Source: Oligoflexia bacterium (GTDB taxonomy: Bacteria > Bdellovibrionota > UBA1018). Taken from it: DNA of 64,000 nucleotides. The notes beneath the pieces were generated by a model. It was not told where the DNA came from, made no database searches, and worked only from the letters and a program-made list of their open reading frames with translations. The stretch lies in contig CAITVN010000089.1 in the NCBI GenBank assembly GCA_903895855.1, positions 12,757 to 76,756 on the forward strand. The letters run 5' to 3'. The position numbers were made by a program, and so were the translations under genes. Position 1 is the first letter of the stretch. Each line of letters starts with the position of its first letter. Shown here in pieces: positions 49,940-60,600 of the stretch.

Positions 49940-51151
49940 ATGCCGATGAGTTCTGTGAGGGAGGCATTCTCCATGGTTTCATCACGGATCGAAGAACGAC
50001 GACTTTATGGTATTCTCAGCAGTTGGGGGCGCGAATGGGGTTTGAGGGCGTTAGGAATCGTTGCACTGGCTGCAATATCCTGGCAATTTCAAGCTTGTTC
50101 ATCGGGCGAAACAACGGGTGACGCCGAAAACGGCGATAATCCACCGGCAGCCGATGCGACAGCGTCTGGCACCGATGCACTTCCACCGGGCGACGGCGCA
50201 TCTTCTGCAGCTGCTGTGGGTAACGACCCCTTACAGGCCGGAGCCACCACCGGGGCGGGCAAGCCCAGTGTGGCTGTTGAATTGAAAAAAGAACCGTTTG
50301 AAAGTGGTGGAGTGAAACTAAACGCCTACTATTTTGTGCGATCTCCGACTGAAACTTGGGTGAGTGTGAGCGAAAAGGTTTTGGGCTCACCCGATCAAGC
50401 CGACAAACTCAAAGAGCTCAATGCCGGTGCCTCAAAGCTTCGCGCTGGTTCGGTCGTTTATTACGCTTCAGTTAAACGTCCGGGTGATGCTAAAATGCTT
50501 TCATTTTATGAAGAAAATGGCGGAGCAGCTGAGCCGTACCAGGTGAAGAAAGGTGACACCCTTTCGCTGATCGCAAAAACAAGGTATGGAGCCATTGGCG
50601 CTTGGAAAGAAATCATGGCGCTCAATCCTCAATTGAAGACCCCTGATCAAGTGCCGGTCGGAATGACTATTCAGCTACCGACTGGAGCTTCAGCGGGCAA
50701 CGATTCGATGGCGATGAATTCGCAAGCGGCATCTGGTGAGAGTGCTATCGCACCACCACCAGCAGCAAGTCAGCCGATTGCTCAGGCGCAACCAGTGGTT
50801 CAACAGCGATCAAATGCGGCGGCGCAATCTCAAAGCAATTCACAAACGAATTCAATGGCAAACACGCAGAACAATCAAGTTTCGCCTGCAACCGTGGGTT
50901 CGCTTGAGTCGAATTCAGGTGGGCAAGCCCAAGCACCGGTAACCTCTCAGGGACGACGCAAAATTGCTTCTGAGTCAGGTGAAGGTGATTCTAGTGAGCC
51001 CGGCCTGGCTGGCAAGATCGCCATGCTTCGAGCGTTGAAAGACAAAGCGCTTGAAAATCCGATTACCTTGCCCGTCGGCGGCGGGGTTTTGGTTTCGATT
51101 CTTGTTCTCGCACTAGTGATGGCAAGAAAAGCCCGAATGAACCGAGCTTAG
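49940..51151 (+). CDS. LysM domain protein with a C-terminal TM anchor (FimV N-terminal-like)
   Basis: YQVKKGDTLSLIAKTRYG LysM motif, Ala/Gln/Ser-rich low-complexity region, C-terminal TM segment. Confidence 0.55.
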   Translation: MPMSSVREAFSMVSSRIEERRLYGILSSWGREWGLRALGIVALAAISWQFQACSSGETTGDAENGDNPPAADATASGTDALPPGDGASSAAAVGNDPLQAGATTGAGKPSVAVELKKEPFESGGVKLNAYYFVRSPTETWVSVSEKVLGSPDQADKLKELNAGASKLRAGSVVYYASVKRPGDAKMLSFYEENGGAAEPYQVKKGDTLSLIAKTRYGAIGAWKEIMALNPQLKTPDQVPVGMTIQLPTGASAGNDSMAMNSQAASGESAIAPPPAASQPIAQAQPVVQQRSNAAAQSQSNSQTNSMANTQNNQVSPATVGSLESNSGGQAQAPVTSQGRRKIASESGEGDSSEPGLAGKIAMLRALKDKALENPITLPVGGGVLVSILVLALVMARKARMNRA

Positions 51152-51178
51152 GTCACGGCACAAGATGACCGGTTAAAC

Positions 51179-52012
51179 TTAAAATGTGTAACTGAGTCCT
51201 AACGAGTATTTCTTAATCATTGAATCATTTGAGTGCAGGTAAGTGCTTGAGTACTCGGCACTGATTCCCATGGATGATCCTTGTCTATCTTGGGCAAATT
51301 GGTAGGTCATGCCTGGATTCCACTCCATCGCGAACGCGTTTTCCATGCTTGAAGGGGTCATTCTAAATGAAATGACGGCCTGGCTATTGCGAGGTAGAGG
51401 GCGAATGAGCGAAGGGATTAATGAAATTCCGGCTAATCCGCGGTACTCAACGCCAGGTTGCGAGGTTGAGGCAAGCAGTGAACCGTACCTTGGGCCAAAA
51501 CCAAATCCTAAATCCCAGCCGGTCGACGCAATTGCAGTTGAGCTGGCGGCGAGAGCTTGTAATGAAAATTGCCAACTAGCACCTAGCTGCGCTTGGCTTA
51601 ACGGAAACGCCAGAGCATCAAAGCCCACACCAAAGGTCCAGTGGTCGGTGAATGCCGCAGAGTAATCGAGTTTCAAATCGAGTGACGATTGAGATTGATC
51701 GATAATATCTCGGCTCGATTGAAGGTAACTTAGACCCACTTGAGGAGTGAGTGCCCAATTTCGCATAACCACCTCGGGCTCATCGTCATAATACTCTTCA
51801 GAGGTGTCGGCTAAGGAGTCATGAAGAGACTCTTCGTTCGCGCTCGTTGCATCGCTTTCAGACGCGGCCGGAGTAGCCGTCGAGGTCTGGCTGCTCACTT
51901 CGTTTGCTTTGGCTGGCTCGGGCGATTTAGGTGTGGTTGAATCTTCAGCCCTTAGAGCCGATGTGATGAGAAGTGCGAAACTGGCAAACGTCAAATAGCT
52001 CGATTTTTTCAT
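51179..52012 (-). CDS. Outer-membrane beta-barrel protein (hypothetical)
   Basis: Signal peptide and a C-terminal …LSYTF aromatic terminus. Confidence 0.45.
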   Translation of the reverse strand: MKKSSYLTFASFALLITSALRAEDSTTPKSPEPAKANEVSSQTSTATPAASESDATSANEESLHDSLADTSEEYYDDEPEVVMRNWALTPQVGLSYLQSSRDIIDQSQSSLDLKLDYSAAFTDHWTFGVGFDALAFPLSQAQLGASWQFSLQALAASSTAIASTGWDLGFGFGPRYGSLLASTSQPGVEYRGLAGISLIPSLIRPLPRNSQAVISFRMTPSSMENAFAMEWNPGMTYQFAQDRQGSSMGISAEYSSTYLHSNDSMIKKYSLGLSYTF

Positions 52013-52166
52013 GAATTTTCCTCTATCTACCTCAGTAAGATACGCAAGCTTCAGGCCAATGAAAAGCAGTAAGATATCGGGTGATTAAAGAAACTTCTGC
52101 GCACGATCGGTGTCAAAACGTTTGACAGTGAATGGGGTGATTCGACAGCTATTCTTAAGACAGAGG

Positions 52167-52940
52167 TTATCTGACTGAGAAGGGTCGGTTGAGTGAACCG
52201 CCACCTGTGGTGCGAATGTGCAAAAGGTAGCGCCCTTTTTTCAGTTGAAAAGGTAGGGTGACATTTTTCACGAAACTATTGGGTGAATACTCGCAGCCGG
52301 TGCCCATGAGTTCTACTCGAGGTAAGAGCACGATAACGTCGTCGATTTTCTCAATTTCAACATCATCGACCACTTTTAAGCAGTTCGAAGAAAGTTCGCC
52401 TGTTAGCGCAACTGACAGAGCGCTTTCAGAGTTGACTGATTCAGGAATGTAGGCGTTTTGCACAGGCGCATACGCCAGGTTATCAATCGTGGCAAAAGGC
52501 GCAGCCGTTACGAGAAATGACCTCGCTGTTTTGAACCCGCTGGCAGTCGCAAAATTCAGGGTGTAGGTTCCGGCGCTGAGAGTGCCCAGGTAGTACTCTT
52601 TCGAAAATCGTGTCGGAAATTTCCACGTTTCAGGCAGGTTCTCGTCAGCAACCGAACAAGTGCCGTCAGTCATGCGTTTTGCAAACTGTTTCACCGAGAT
52701 GAGGTTCGCGCTACTTTTTTCAATGACGGGATCTCTGGCGCTATAGCAGCCGTTAGGAAGCATGCCTTCGATAAAAATTTGCACGTTGTCGTTGTCATCG
52801 TAACCGTGGGCGGGAATGAAAATGCGCTGAAGGGTGACCTCTTTTTCAACTTCGTCGGCCAGGCAGACTCGCGGTGATTGAATGAGTGCGGTGAGTGCGC
52901 AAATGGCGGTAACTGATATCACTGATAGACGTTTTGACAT
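52167..52940 (-). CDS. Secreted hypothetical protein
   Basis: Signal peptide. No motif recognised. Confidence 0.4.
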   Translation of the reverse strand: MSKRLSVISVTAICALTALIQSPRVCLADEVEKEVTLQRIFIPAHGYDDNDNVQIFIEGMLPNGCYSARDPVIEKSSANLISVKQFAKRMTDGTCSVADENLPETWKFPTRFSKEYYLGTLSAGTYTLNFATASGFKTARSFLVTAAPFATIDNLAYAPVQNAYIPESVNSESALSVALTGELSSNCLKVVDDVEIEKIDDVIVLLPRVELMGTGCEYSPNSFVKNVTLPFQLKKGRYLLHIRTTGGGSLNRPFSVR

Positions 52941-53147
52941 GAGGTGATTCCCCTTTTATCCTTCTTTTTACTTCCCCAAAAAAATCTTCTGAATGTGTGG
53001 CTTGCAGATAGCTGTTTTCGGTTAAAGAGTGAAGCGAAAAGACCTGCTTTTGTCTTGAAAACTTGAAATTGCACGAGGTGAGAGTCAATACGGGGTGTTT
53101 AATAAACGAAGGAAATGGTCGGGAATCGAGGCGGGTCGGCCCAGTTG

Positions 53148-54131
53148 CTAGGCGCGCCCTGATTTTTGAAGTAGTTCAATAATTTCTGTGTATCTGTTGC
53201 CTTGGCTGCCGTTTAGGGTTGAACTCACAGCGTGATTGAGTTTTTTTGCTTTCAACCCTTGCGCCGCCGCCATGGCTGGGGTTCGACCGAAAGTGTCGCA
53301 AGATTCTAAAAGAGCTTTTAGAGCCTCGCGGGGTTCAGTTTTTTTCATTCTCTCAATCAGTAAAAACACGATTTCGACATGACCCGATTCGGCGGCTAGG
53401 GTGAGACTTGAGGCTTTGGTAAAACGGGTTTTTGCGGTGACCGGCGACCCTAAATCAAGAAGCAGTGAAACGAGCTGTTTTTGGCCTTTTTCAACAGCCA
53501 TGTGTAAGGGCAATTCGCCGTATCGATTGGCGATGAGTTGTGACGCACCTGAGGCGATGAGCAGTTTGGCGAGTTCAATGTCGCCACGCGCGGCTGCTTC
53601 GTGAAGGGCAGTGCGTTTATCTCCAAAGTAGGCGGCGTCGGTTGCGTTGATGGCCGAGGGTTTAGAGTGGCGAATCAGTACGGTGATGGCCTGCCAGATT
53701 TTTTCTTGGTTAGGTTGTTTGGGGCGAATAGCAGCTAGAGTGAGAATGAGTGGAGTGCCTTGGCGATCTCGAAGACCGGGGCGGGCACCTGACTTGATGA
53801 GAAGTTTCACACAGTCTGCGCAACCCGAGAGCGTGGCTTTAAGCAAAATCGGAAACTCGTACTCGGTTCGCGATAACCCGTTGGGATTGGCTCCTTGGGC
53901 TAGGCTAAGTTCGATTTCACGGTAATTTCCCGCGTCTGCTGCCTTCGACAATCGGGCTTGAATGGCTTTTCTAGGAGCGCCTTTTGTCAGGCGATGGGGG
54001 GTAACCGACGCGTTTGCTGGTGTCGCTGTCACAGCCGGTAGGGCGAAAGGGCAAAAGATGAATAGAAAAGCACCCCATGCCCAATGGTGGGCTGAACGGC
54101 GTGCTGGTTTAAAAAGGCGAAGTAACCCCAT
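53148..54131 (-). CDS. Secreted ankyrin-repeat protein
   Basis: Repeated TALHEAAARGDIELAKLLIASGA-type ANK motifs after a signal peptide. Confidence 0.7.
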   Translation of the reverse strand: MGLLRLFKPARRSAHHWAWGAFLFIFCPFALPAVTATPANASVTPHRLTKGAPRKAIQARLSKAADAGNYREIELSLAQGANPNGLSRTEYEFPILLKATLSGCADCVKLLIKSGARPGLRDRQGTPLILTLAAIRPKQPNQEKIWQAITVLIRHSKPSAINATDAAYFGDKRTALHEAAARGDIELAKLLIASGASQLIANRYGELPLHMAVEKGQKQLVSLLLDLGSPVTAKTRFTKASSLTLAAESGHVEIVFLLIERMKKTEPREALKALLESCDTFGRTPAMAAAQGLKAKKLNHAVSSTLNGSQGNRYTEIIELLQKSGRA

Positions 54132-54378
54132 ATCAGTCAGTACACTGCGATCTTCGTGCCGCTAATTGATGCCCTAAAGGCCCGATATAATGGCCCTTCG
54201 GGCGAGTGTAGGTGTCTAAGCTTTTGTCATCTGGGCATTCTCTTTCGGTACGGGCAGTGCGGGTTCGGCCCTTCGCAGAACCGAATGGTCGAACTCGATT
54301 TGCGTGGCGGTGAAGCTTTTCGCGAATCAGAGGCTATCCTTGAAACCGGGCCGCGGGTTTGCTAGACTTTCGAGTCTT

Positions 54379-57300
54379 ATGAGCAAGCAACCGTTGGTAC
54401 CCCCGTTTAAAGCAGTCAAATCTGAAGTGAATTTTCCGCAAATTGAGAATGCCATTCTAACGAATTGGGATACCACTCGAATTTTTGAAAAAACCCTCAA
54501 AGAATCGGCCGAAAAAAAAGCTTTTAGCTTTTACGATGGTCCTCCGTTTGCCACGGGTCTGCCGCACTATGGCCACATCTTGGCGGGCGTTTTAAAAGAC
54601 ATCGTACCTCGCTACTGGACCATGAAGGGTTACCGCGTAGCCCGGGTCTTTGGTTGGGACTGTCACGGGTTGCCGATTGAGTATGAAATCAATAAAACTC
54701 TAGGAATTGAAAACCGAAAGCAAGTGCTGGCGATGGGAGTCGATAAGTATAACGCCGCTTGTCGAGGTATTGTCGATCGCTACACAACCGAGTGGAAGAA
54801 AACCGTCAGGCGTGTTGGCCGTTGGGTTGACATGGAAAATGCTTATTTCACGATGAGCGTACCGTTCATGCAAAGCGTGTGGTGGGTGTTTAAGCAAATG
54901 TTCGAAAAGGGCCTCATTTACGAAGGCTACAAAGTCGTGCCTTATTCGGTGGGTGTTTCGACTCCGCTTTCAAATTTTGAAGCGTCTCAGAACTACAAAG
55001 AAGTGCAAGATCCTGCATTGACCGTGAGTTTTCAGTCAGAAGAAAATCCTAATTTGTATTTTCTTGCCTGGACGACGACTCCTTGGACCTTGCCTAGTAA
55101 CCTTGCGCTCGCTGTCGGCAAAGAGTTTGATTACGTTGAAGTGAAAGAGAATTCTTCGGGTAAACAGTTGATTTTGGCTCAGGCATTGTTGCCAAAGTTA
55201 TTTAAAAACCCTGACGCTGAATGCGAGGTGCTGAAAGTTTTCAAAGGCTCTGAGCTTTTGGGTAAACGCTATGTGCCGCTATTTTCTTATTTCGAAGACA
55301 AAAAATCAGTCGGCGCTTTTCGCGTGATTGAATCGAGCCACGTCACTTTAGACAGTGGTACGGGTATCGTGCACATCGCGCCAGCGTTCGGCGAAGACGA
55401 TTACTATGCGTGTGTGGCGGCAAAAATTCCGGTGGTCAACCCAGTTGATGACGACGGCATGTTTACCGCTGAGGTCGCCAATTATCAGGGTCGACGAGTT
55501 AAAGAGGCAGACAAAGACATCATTGCCGAACTGAAGAAAGCAGGTAAACTTTTCAAACAAGAGACGATCACGCACAGTTATCCGTTTTGCTGGCGTTCAG
55601 ACACTCCGCTCATTTATCGAGCGGTATCGAGTTGGTTTGTTTCGGTCGAGACGATCAAAGCGCAACTTCTTAAGAATAACCAAAAAACAGCTTGGGTGCC
55701 CGAAGCGCTTCGCGATGGTCGATTTGGCAATTGGTTAGAGAACGCGAGAGATTGGGCGATTTCGAGAAACCGATTTTGGGGAACTCCACTACCCATTTGG
55801 CGAAACCCTGAAGGCGAAATCATTTGCATTGGTTCGGCTCGCGAGCTTGAGCAACTTTCAGGAGTTAAAGTCAATGACCTGCATATCGATACGGTCGATA
55901 AAATCACGATTCCGTCACCGACTGGCAAGTCGCCTCTTAAACGCATCGATGGGGTTTTAGATTGTTGGTTTGAAAGCGGTTCGATGCCTTACGCTCAGTG
56001 GGGATACCCTGAGACGAACCAGGCTGAGTTTAAGAAAAATTTTCCGGCCGATTTCATTGCTGAAGGCTTAGATCAAACCCGCGGCTGGTTTTACACCCTC
56101 ATGGTGATCGGTACCGCGCTTTTTGATGAAGCCCCGTTTCGCAATGTGATCGTGAATGGATTAATCTTAGCCGAAGACGGCAAGAAAATGAGTAAGAGCC
56201 TGCGCAATTATCCTGACCCGATGGAAGTACTCGATCGGCATGGGGCCGATGCGTTGAGGCTTTACTTGATCGATTCACCCGTCGTGAAAGCGCAAGAAAT
56301 TCGTTTCTCAGAAAACGGCGTGCGTGAGATCACTCGGCGAATTCTACTGCGCTGGTGGAATGCCTATTCTTTTTTCGTCAACTACGCCAATGTCGATCAA
56401 TTTGTGCCGCGGGGTGATTACATCAAGTCACCCAATGAGCTCGACCGTTGGATCTTATCGCGCTTGAGTTTCTTGATCGAAAATACCGAAAAAGAAATGG
56501 CTGCCTATCGATTGTACAATGTCGTGCCGAGCTTGCTGCAGTTTATTGAAGATTTGACGAACACCTACATTCGTTTCAATCGAGGGCATTTTTGGAAAGA
56601 CGGCATGCCAGAAGATAAGCGTTACGCTTATGAGACGTTGTATTATGTTCTGGTTACGCTTTCGAAAATGATGGCTCCGTTTGCACCGTTCTTGTCTGAA
56701 GAGACTTATCAGAACCTGTCAACAGCGTTGCCGAAACAGTCGGTAAAAGAGAGTGTTCACCTAGAGTCGTTTCCTGATCTGGGTTCATTAAAAGAACTTC
56801 GTAACTTACGGTTAGAACATTCAGTGCGAGTGATGGAAACAGTCGTCATGCAAGGCCGAAATCTTCGTGAGAAGATGGGTATCAAGACGAAGATTCCGCT
56901 CAAGCGAATCACGTTGATTCATCGAGACCTTAACGTATTGGCGATGTTGAAGCCTCTCGAACCGTATTTTTGTGAAGAACTCAATGTTCAGTCGGTTGTT
57001 TACGAATCAAAAGAAGAAGATTTCGTCAAAGTGTTCGCGAAGGCGAATTTTCCGACTCTCGGAAAACGCCTAGGGCCAAAAATGAAGGCAATTGCGGCTC
57101 AAATCGAGAAAATCGGATTAGAGCAAATCTTGAAGCTTGAGGCCGGCGAAAGCGTTTTGGTTGACGGTGAGGCGATTGGTATTGCTGATGTTGAAATTCG
57201 AAGAGTGGCCAAAAAAGAAGGCGAAGCGAGTGCGTGTTTTTCGTGTCACCAATTGATTTCAATCGAGTATGACCCGACCGTAAGCGAAGAACAAAAACGT

Positions 57301-57564
57301 GAAGGCCTCATGCGTGAAGTGTTGCGCAAAATTCAGCAAGCGAGAAAGAACGCGAAATTCAATCTCGACGACCGCATTGAGCTGCAGCTGATCGCCGACG
57401 GCGAAATTAAAGACGCTGTGGTTGCGCATGAAGCGACGATCAAGTCTGAGGCCTTGGTGAAGAAATTTTCATGGGTGAGCGATCTCACCACCGTTCATCA
57501 AGAAGTGATTGAGTTTGAAGAAGGCAAAGTTTCAATCGGATTAACTCGGGTTGATCGAGCTTGA
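54379..57564 (+). CDS. ileS: Isoleucine--tRNA ligase, type 2 (eukaryote-like)
   Basis: HYGH (HIGH-class) and KMSKS motifs. The architecture lacks the type-1 C-terminal zinc finger. The start is taken at MSKQPL. Confidence 0.9.
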   Translation: MSKQPLVPPFKAVKSEVNFPQIENAILTNWDTTRIFEKTLKESAEKKAFSFYDGPPFATGLPHYGHILAGVLKDIVPRYWTMKGYRVARVFGWDCHGLPIEYEINKTLGIENRKQVLAMGVDKYNAACRGIVDRYTTEWKKTVRRVGRWVDMENAYFTMSVPFMQSVWWVFKQMFEKGLIYEGYKVVPYSVGVSTPLSNFEASQNYKEVQDPALTVSFQSEENPNLYFLAWTTTPWTLPSNLALAVGKEFDYVEVKENSSGKQLILAQALLPKLFKNPDAECEVLKVFKGSELLGKRYVPLFSYFEDKKSVGAFRVIESSHVTLDSGTGIVHIAPAFGEDDYYACVAAKIPVVNPVDDDGMFTAEVANYQGRRVKEADKDIIAELKKAGKLFKQETITHSYPFCWRSDTPLIYRAVSSWFVSVETIKAQLLKNNQKTAWVPEALRDGRFGNWLENARDWAISRNRFWGTPLPIWRNPEGEIICIGSARELEQLSGVKVNDLHIDTVDKITIPSPTGKSPLKRIDGVLDCWFESGSMPYAQWGYPETNQAEFKKNFPADFIAEGLDQTRGWFYTLMVIGTALFDEAPFRNVIVNGLILAEDGKKMSKSLRNYPDPMEVLDRHGADALRLYLIDSPVVKAQEIRFSENGVREITRRILLRWWNAYSFFVNYANVDQFVPRGDYIKSPNELDRWILSRLSFLIENTEKEMAAYRLYNVVPSLLQFIEDLTNTYIRFNRGHFWKDGMPEDKRYAYETLYYVLVTLSKMMAPFAPFLSEETYQNLSTALPKQSVKESVHLESFPDLGSLKELRNLRLEHSVRVMETVVMQGRNLREKMGIKTKIPLKRITLIHRDLNVLAMLKPLEPYFCEELNVQSVVYESKEEDFVKVFAKANFPTLGKRLGPKMKAIAAQIEKIGLEQILKLEAGESVLVDGEAIGIADVEIRRVAKKEGEASACFSCHQLISIEYDPTVSEEQKREGLMREVLRKIQQARKNAKFNLDDRIELQLIADGEIKDAVVAHEATIKSEALVKKFSWVSDLTTVHQEVIEFEEGKVSIGLTRVDRA

Positions 57565-58382
57565 AAAAATCGCACCCTCAGACTTTCGAAGTGCGCACGA
57601 TAGGCGTTATTTCGACCTGTTTTCACGACAAGTTTGGCATTCCGAGGCAGCCAGGATTAGTGCGGCAGGCTACCGGAATCATCAAAATTCACGATGAAGA
57701 TTTTCTGCGGCGTGCTCTTTTTCGGTTAGACGAATTTTCGCACCTTTGGCTCGTGTTTTGGTTTCATGAAACGGGCTCGAAAGACTGGAAACCTTCAATC
57801 AGACCGCCCCGTTTGGGCGGCAAAGAGCGTGTCGGGGTTTTGGCCTCACGGTCTCCGCATCGACCGAACCCTCTGGGTTTGAGCGTGGTGAAGCTTGAGA
57901 AAGTGGATTTGACCGCCGAGGGGGGGCCTGAGATTCACGTGTCTGGGGTCGACCTTCTCGATCAAACGCCAATTGTCGACATCAAGCCTTACATTGCCTA
58001 TGCTGACATTGTTGAAAACTCGGTCTCTGGTTGGGCAGATGAGAAGCCCATCTCGGTACCTGTGCAATTTTCTGATGAAGCCTTGCTTCACTTGGGCGAA
58101 ATGAGCCGCCACTTAGAGAGCGGCGAGAGCCCAATTCGGGCAACCCAATCTGCGACCGATTTAAAGTTACTCGTTGAAGGCATTTTGACTCAAGACCCGC
58201 GCCCTGCCGCACAGAAAACGAAATTTGCGTTTGGTGACCCCGAGAGCATAGGTAAACAATTTGGGTTTACTTTATACGATTGGGACATTCGTTGGCAAAT
58301 CGCATCGGCTGGTTTTCTTGTGACTGAAGTGATTAGAATGGGTACGAAACCGAAAGTGAAGTCATCAGACGCTCAAAAATGA
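57561..58382 (+). CDS. trmO: TrmO/TsaA family methyltransferase, paralogue 2 (4-nt overlap with ileS)
   Basis: About 60% identical to the 30665-31420 product, with the same motifs (GIPRQPGLV, FSHLWLVFWFH, SRSPHRPNPLGLSVV) and the same C-terminal extension. Confidence 0.85.
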   Translation: MKKSHPQTFEVRTIGVISTCFHDKFGIPRQPGLVRQATGIIKIHDEDFLRRALFRLDEFSHLWLVFWFHETGSKDWKPSIRPPRLGGKERVGVLASRSPHRPNPLGLSVVKLEKVDLTAEGGPEIHVSGVDLLDQTPIVDIKPYIAYADIVENSVSGWADEKPISVPVQFSDEALLHLGEMSRHLESGESPIRATQSATDLKLLVEGILTQDPRPAAQKTKFAFGDPESIGKQFGFTLYDWDIRWQIASAGFLVTEVIRMGTKPKVKSSDAQK

Positions 58383-60513
58383 GGCGTGAGTTGTAGTCGG
58401 TGGCCAGCATGTCTGATTCGTCGCGATTGAGTTCAATCGCCGCGAGCAATGACAACCGGTAGGCCGGGAAGGTGTAACCCAACCACGCACGCATTTTTAA
58501 GAAGCTATCTTTGTTGCTGGTTTCACGAGAAACCCATTCTTGGTAACGATCTTTGCCTTCAAGTGAAGTGATCGAGGTGAACTTGCATTCGACGCCAGCA
58601 CTGAGATTGGCGTAGTCAATTTTGATGGCACTGTCAAACGTGAGACCCATGCCAAAATAGTAGTCGAAGTACTGAAGGGTTGAATCGAGGCCGTAAACTC
58701 CTGCGTGATTGATGAAATCGATGGCTGACATTGAGCGAATGGCGGCAAAATCGCCGTAAAAATCGAAAACAGCGTGAACGTGTAAACCTTTGTAAAACAA
58801 ATTGAGATCAAGCGTTGGGCCCAAGAGGTGCGCGATGCCGTAAGGCGCCAGGTCGCCCTTGGTTTCGCCAGCGGTGGCTGATTTCCAGCCGTAAGCACCC
58901 AGGTCGAAGGCTGACGAGAGTCCGATAAAAAAGGTGTATCCGGTGAGGCTTTGGGTAGATTGATTTTCAGCCGTCTGGGCGACAGTGTTTTGTTGATAGT
59001 AGCCCATGAATGCAGCCTTGAAGAAGGCTTCGATATCGATTGCTCCATTAGATTCGGCTTGAATCTTGAGTTTCATGTCGGTGAAGTTGCCATCGTGAAG
59101 CCACTGGGTGACTTTTCCTGCTTTGTGATAGGTCGGAATCGTCACAATGCGTGTGCGAAGGTCGATCGCGCCGACAAACTGATTTTCGTTAACCGCTTGT
59201 GAGCCCGCTGTTCGGTGGTGCGAAATTCCAGAACTCACGAGCACGTTGAATTCGTGAAAGCGCCTCGACGAAAAGCCCCGAGCTTTGAGTGCAGCGCTCA
59301 GTTCGCTTCGGCCTTTCGGGTCAAGAGTGATGAGCTTGTGAAACGGCCTGACGGGATTCAGCAGGCCAGAAAAAATCGCATTCAACACCGAGTCGTCTTC
59401 TTCTTCAAGGTATGACCCTAGCTGGCTAAACACTTCGCCAATCACGCTACCGGCAAAGGGCGTGAGAATGAGGTCGTTGATGCTGACGAGTTCTCGAAAT
59501 TCAGCTAAATATTCCCACAAAGTTGAAAGCGTTGCTGACATCAAAAAAGACTCGAGCGGGTTGAGTCGATTGGCTCGAGCGATCTCGTAAGTTGCTGCCC
59601 CGATAAAAGGATGAGAAACAATGTTAACGCCCATTGAATTGGAGTCGAAGCGCACGCCGTCGCCCGTGATCAGTTTTTTTCTCCAACTCTCGCGGTCCCA
59701 GCCCAATTGCCAATCGGCGCGGTTGAAGTCGATATTGCTCCAGTACCAGGCCTCTTCGGATCCAAATAAAATAGTGAGCTCAATGAACGTTCGGCCGTAA
59801 GCTTTAAACGTTGAAGACTCGTCGGTGTAAAGTTGATAGGCTTCATCTGAATTGAGAATTTCTTGGGTACTGAGATTTCGAAAGTGGCCCTGTTCGTCGG
59901 CAGAGACGGCCGTAGAATGACCGATTCCAGTGATGACTGCCAGGTCTTTGAAGTCGGCCTCGTGTTCGAGAGACCTACCGATGCTAGCGGTCAGTTTTGC
60001 AAGGCCAGTCAGATTCGCTTCTTTCGTCTTGGTGGTGATATTCCAACTAGTTTTGTAAAGAGTTTCATTTTCTCGATTTAGCCGTTCGAGCGTGACGGTC
60101 TCAGGTTGGTTGGTTTTGTCGTGATTGATCGTTAAGAGAATTTTGTGCGGGTCTTGGGTCTGTGGTTTAGCAGTCAGGCAATCCATCTTGAGGTTCGGTG
60201 AATGCGGCATCGCGAGGCCCAACATTGATCTATACGTCAGACACTGTTTTTCTTTATTGGGTGAGTCACTCGGGCTGAGTGGGTTGACTAAGATCAGTGC
60301 CATTCGTTCGGTCACTGGTCTTGCGAGTTTTGAAGCGACGTCACTTGTCGCAGTCGGTGGTGCTGCCGCGTCGTCGGTAAATTCTAGGTTAGACGCTTCA
60401 CAATTGTTGATGGCGACAACGGGGTTCGAAGTGTGGGTCAAGATTGACCAAAGAAAGAGCCCAAAGGTAAACATACAATGATTAGCTATATTAAAGTTGA
60501 TTGAAATAATCAA
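58333..60513 (-). CDS. Large outer-membrane beta-barrel-like protein (hypothetical)
   Basis: 726 aa with a C-terminal …SVSYPF terminus. The N-terminus is uncertain. Confidence 0.45.
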   Translation of the reverse strand: MIISINFNIANHCMFTFGLFLWSILTHTSNPVVAINNCEASNLEFTDDAAAPPTATSDVASKLARPVTERMALILVNPLSPSDSPNKEKQCLTYRSMLGLAMPHSPNLKMDCLTAKPQTQDPHKILLTINHDKTNQPETVTLERLNRENETLYKTSWNITTKTKEANLTGLAKLTASIGRSLEHEADFKDLAVITGIGHSTAVSADEQGHFRNLSTQEILNSDEAYQLYTDESSTFKAYGRTFIELTILFGSEEAWYWSNIDFNRADWQLGWDRESWRKKLITGDGVRFDSNSMGVNIVSHPFIGAATYEIARANRLNPLESFLMSATLSTLWEYLAEFRELVSINDLILTPFAGSVIGEVFSQLGSYLEEEDDSVLNAIFSGLLNPVRPFHKLITLDPKGRSELSAALKARGFSSRRFHEFNVLVSSGISHHRTAGSQAVNENQFVGAIDLRTRIVTIPTYHKAGKVTQWLHDGNFTDMKLKIQAESNGAIDIEAFFKAAFMGYYQQNTVAQTAENQSTQSLTGYTFFIGLSSAFDLGAYGWKSATAGETKGDLAPYGIAHLLGPTLDLNLFYKGLHVHAVFDFYGDFAAIRSMSAIDFINHAGVYGLDSTLQYFDYYFGMGLTFDSAIKIDYANLSAGVECKFTSITSLEGKDRYQEWVSRETSNKDSFLKMRAWLGYTFPAYRLSLLAAIELNRDESDMLATDYNSRLIFERLMTSLSVSYPF

Positions 60514-60600
60514 GTTTAACCGATTGTTGTTTCACAAGTTTCTCACCGCATGCAATCATTGAGTCTCGGTGAGTTTCAGTGAGTTTAAGAGGAGGTACCG

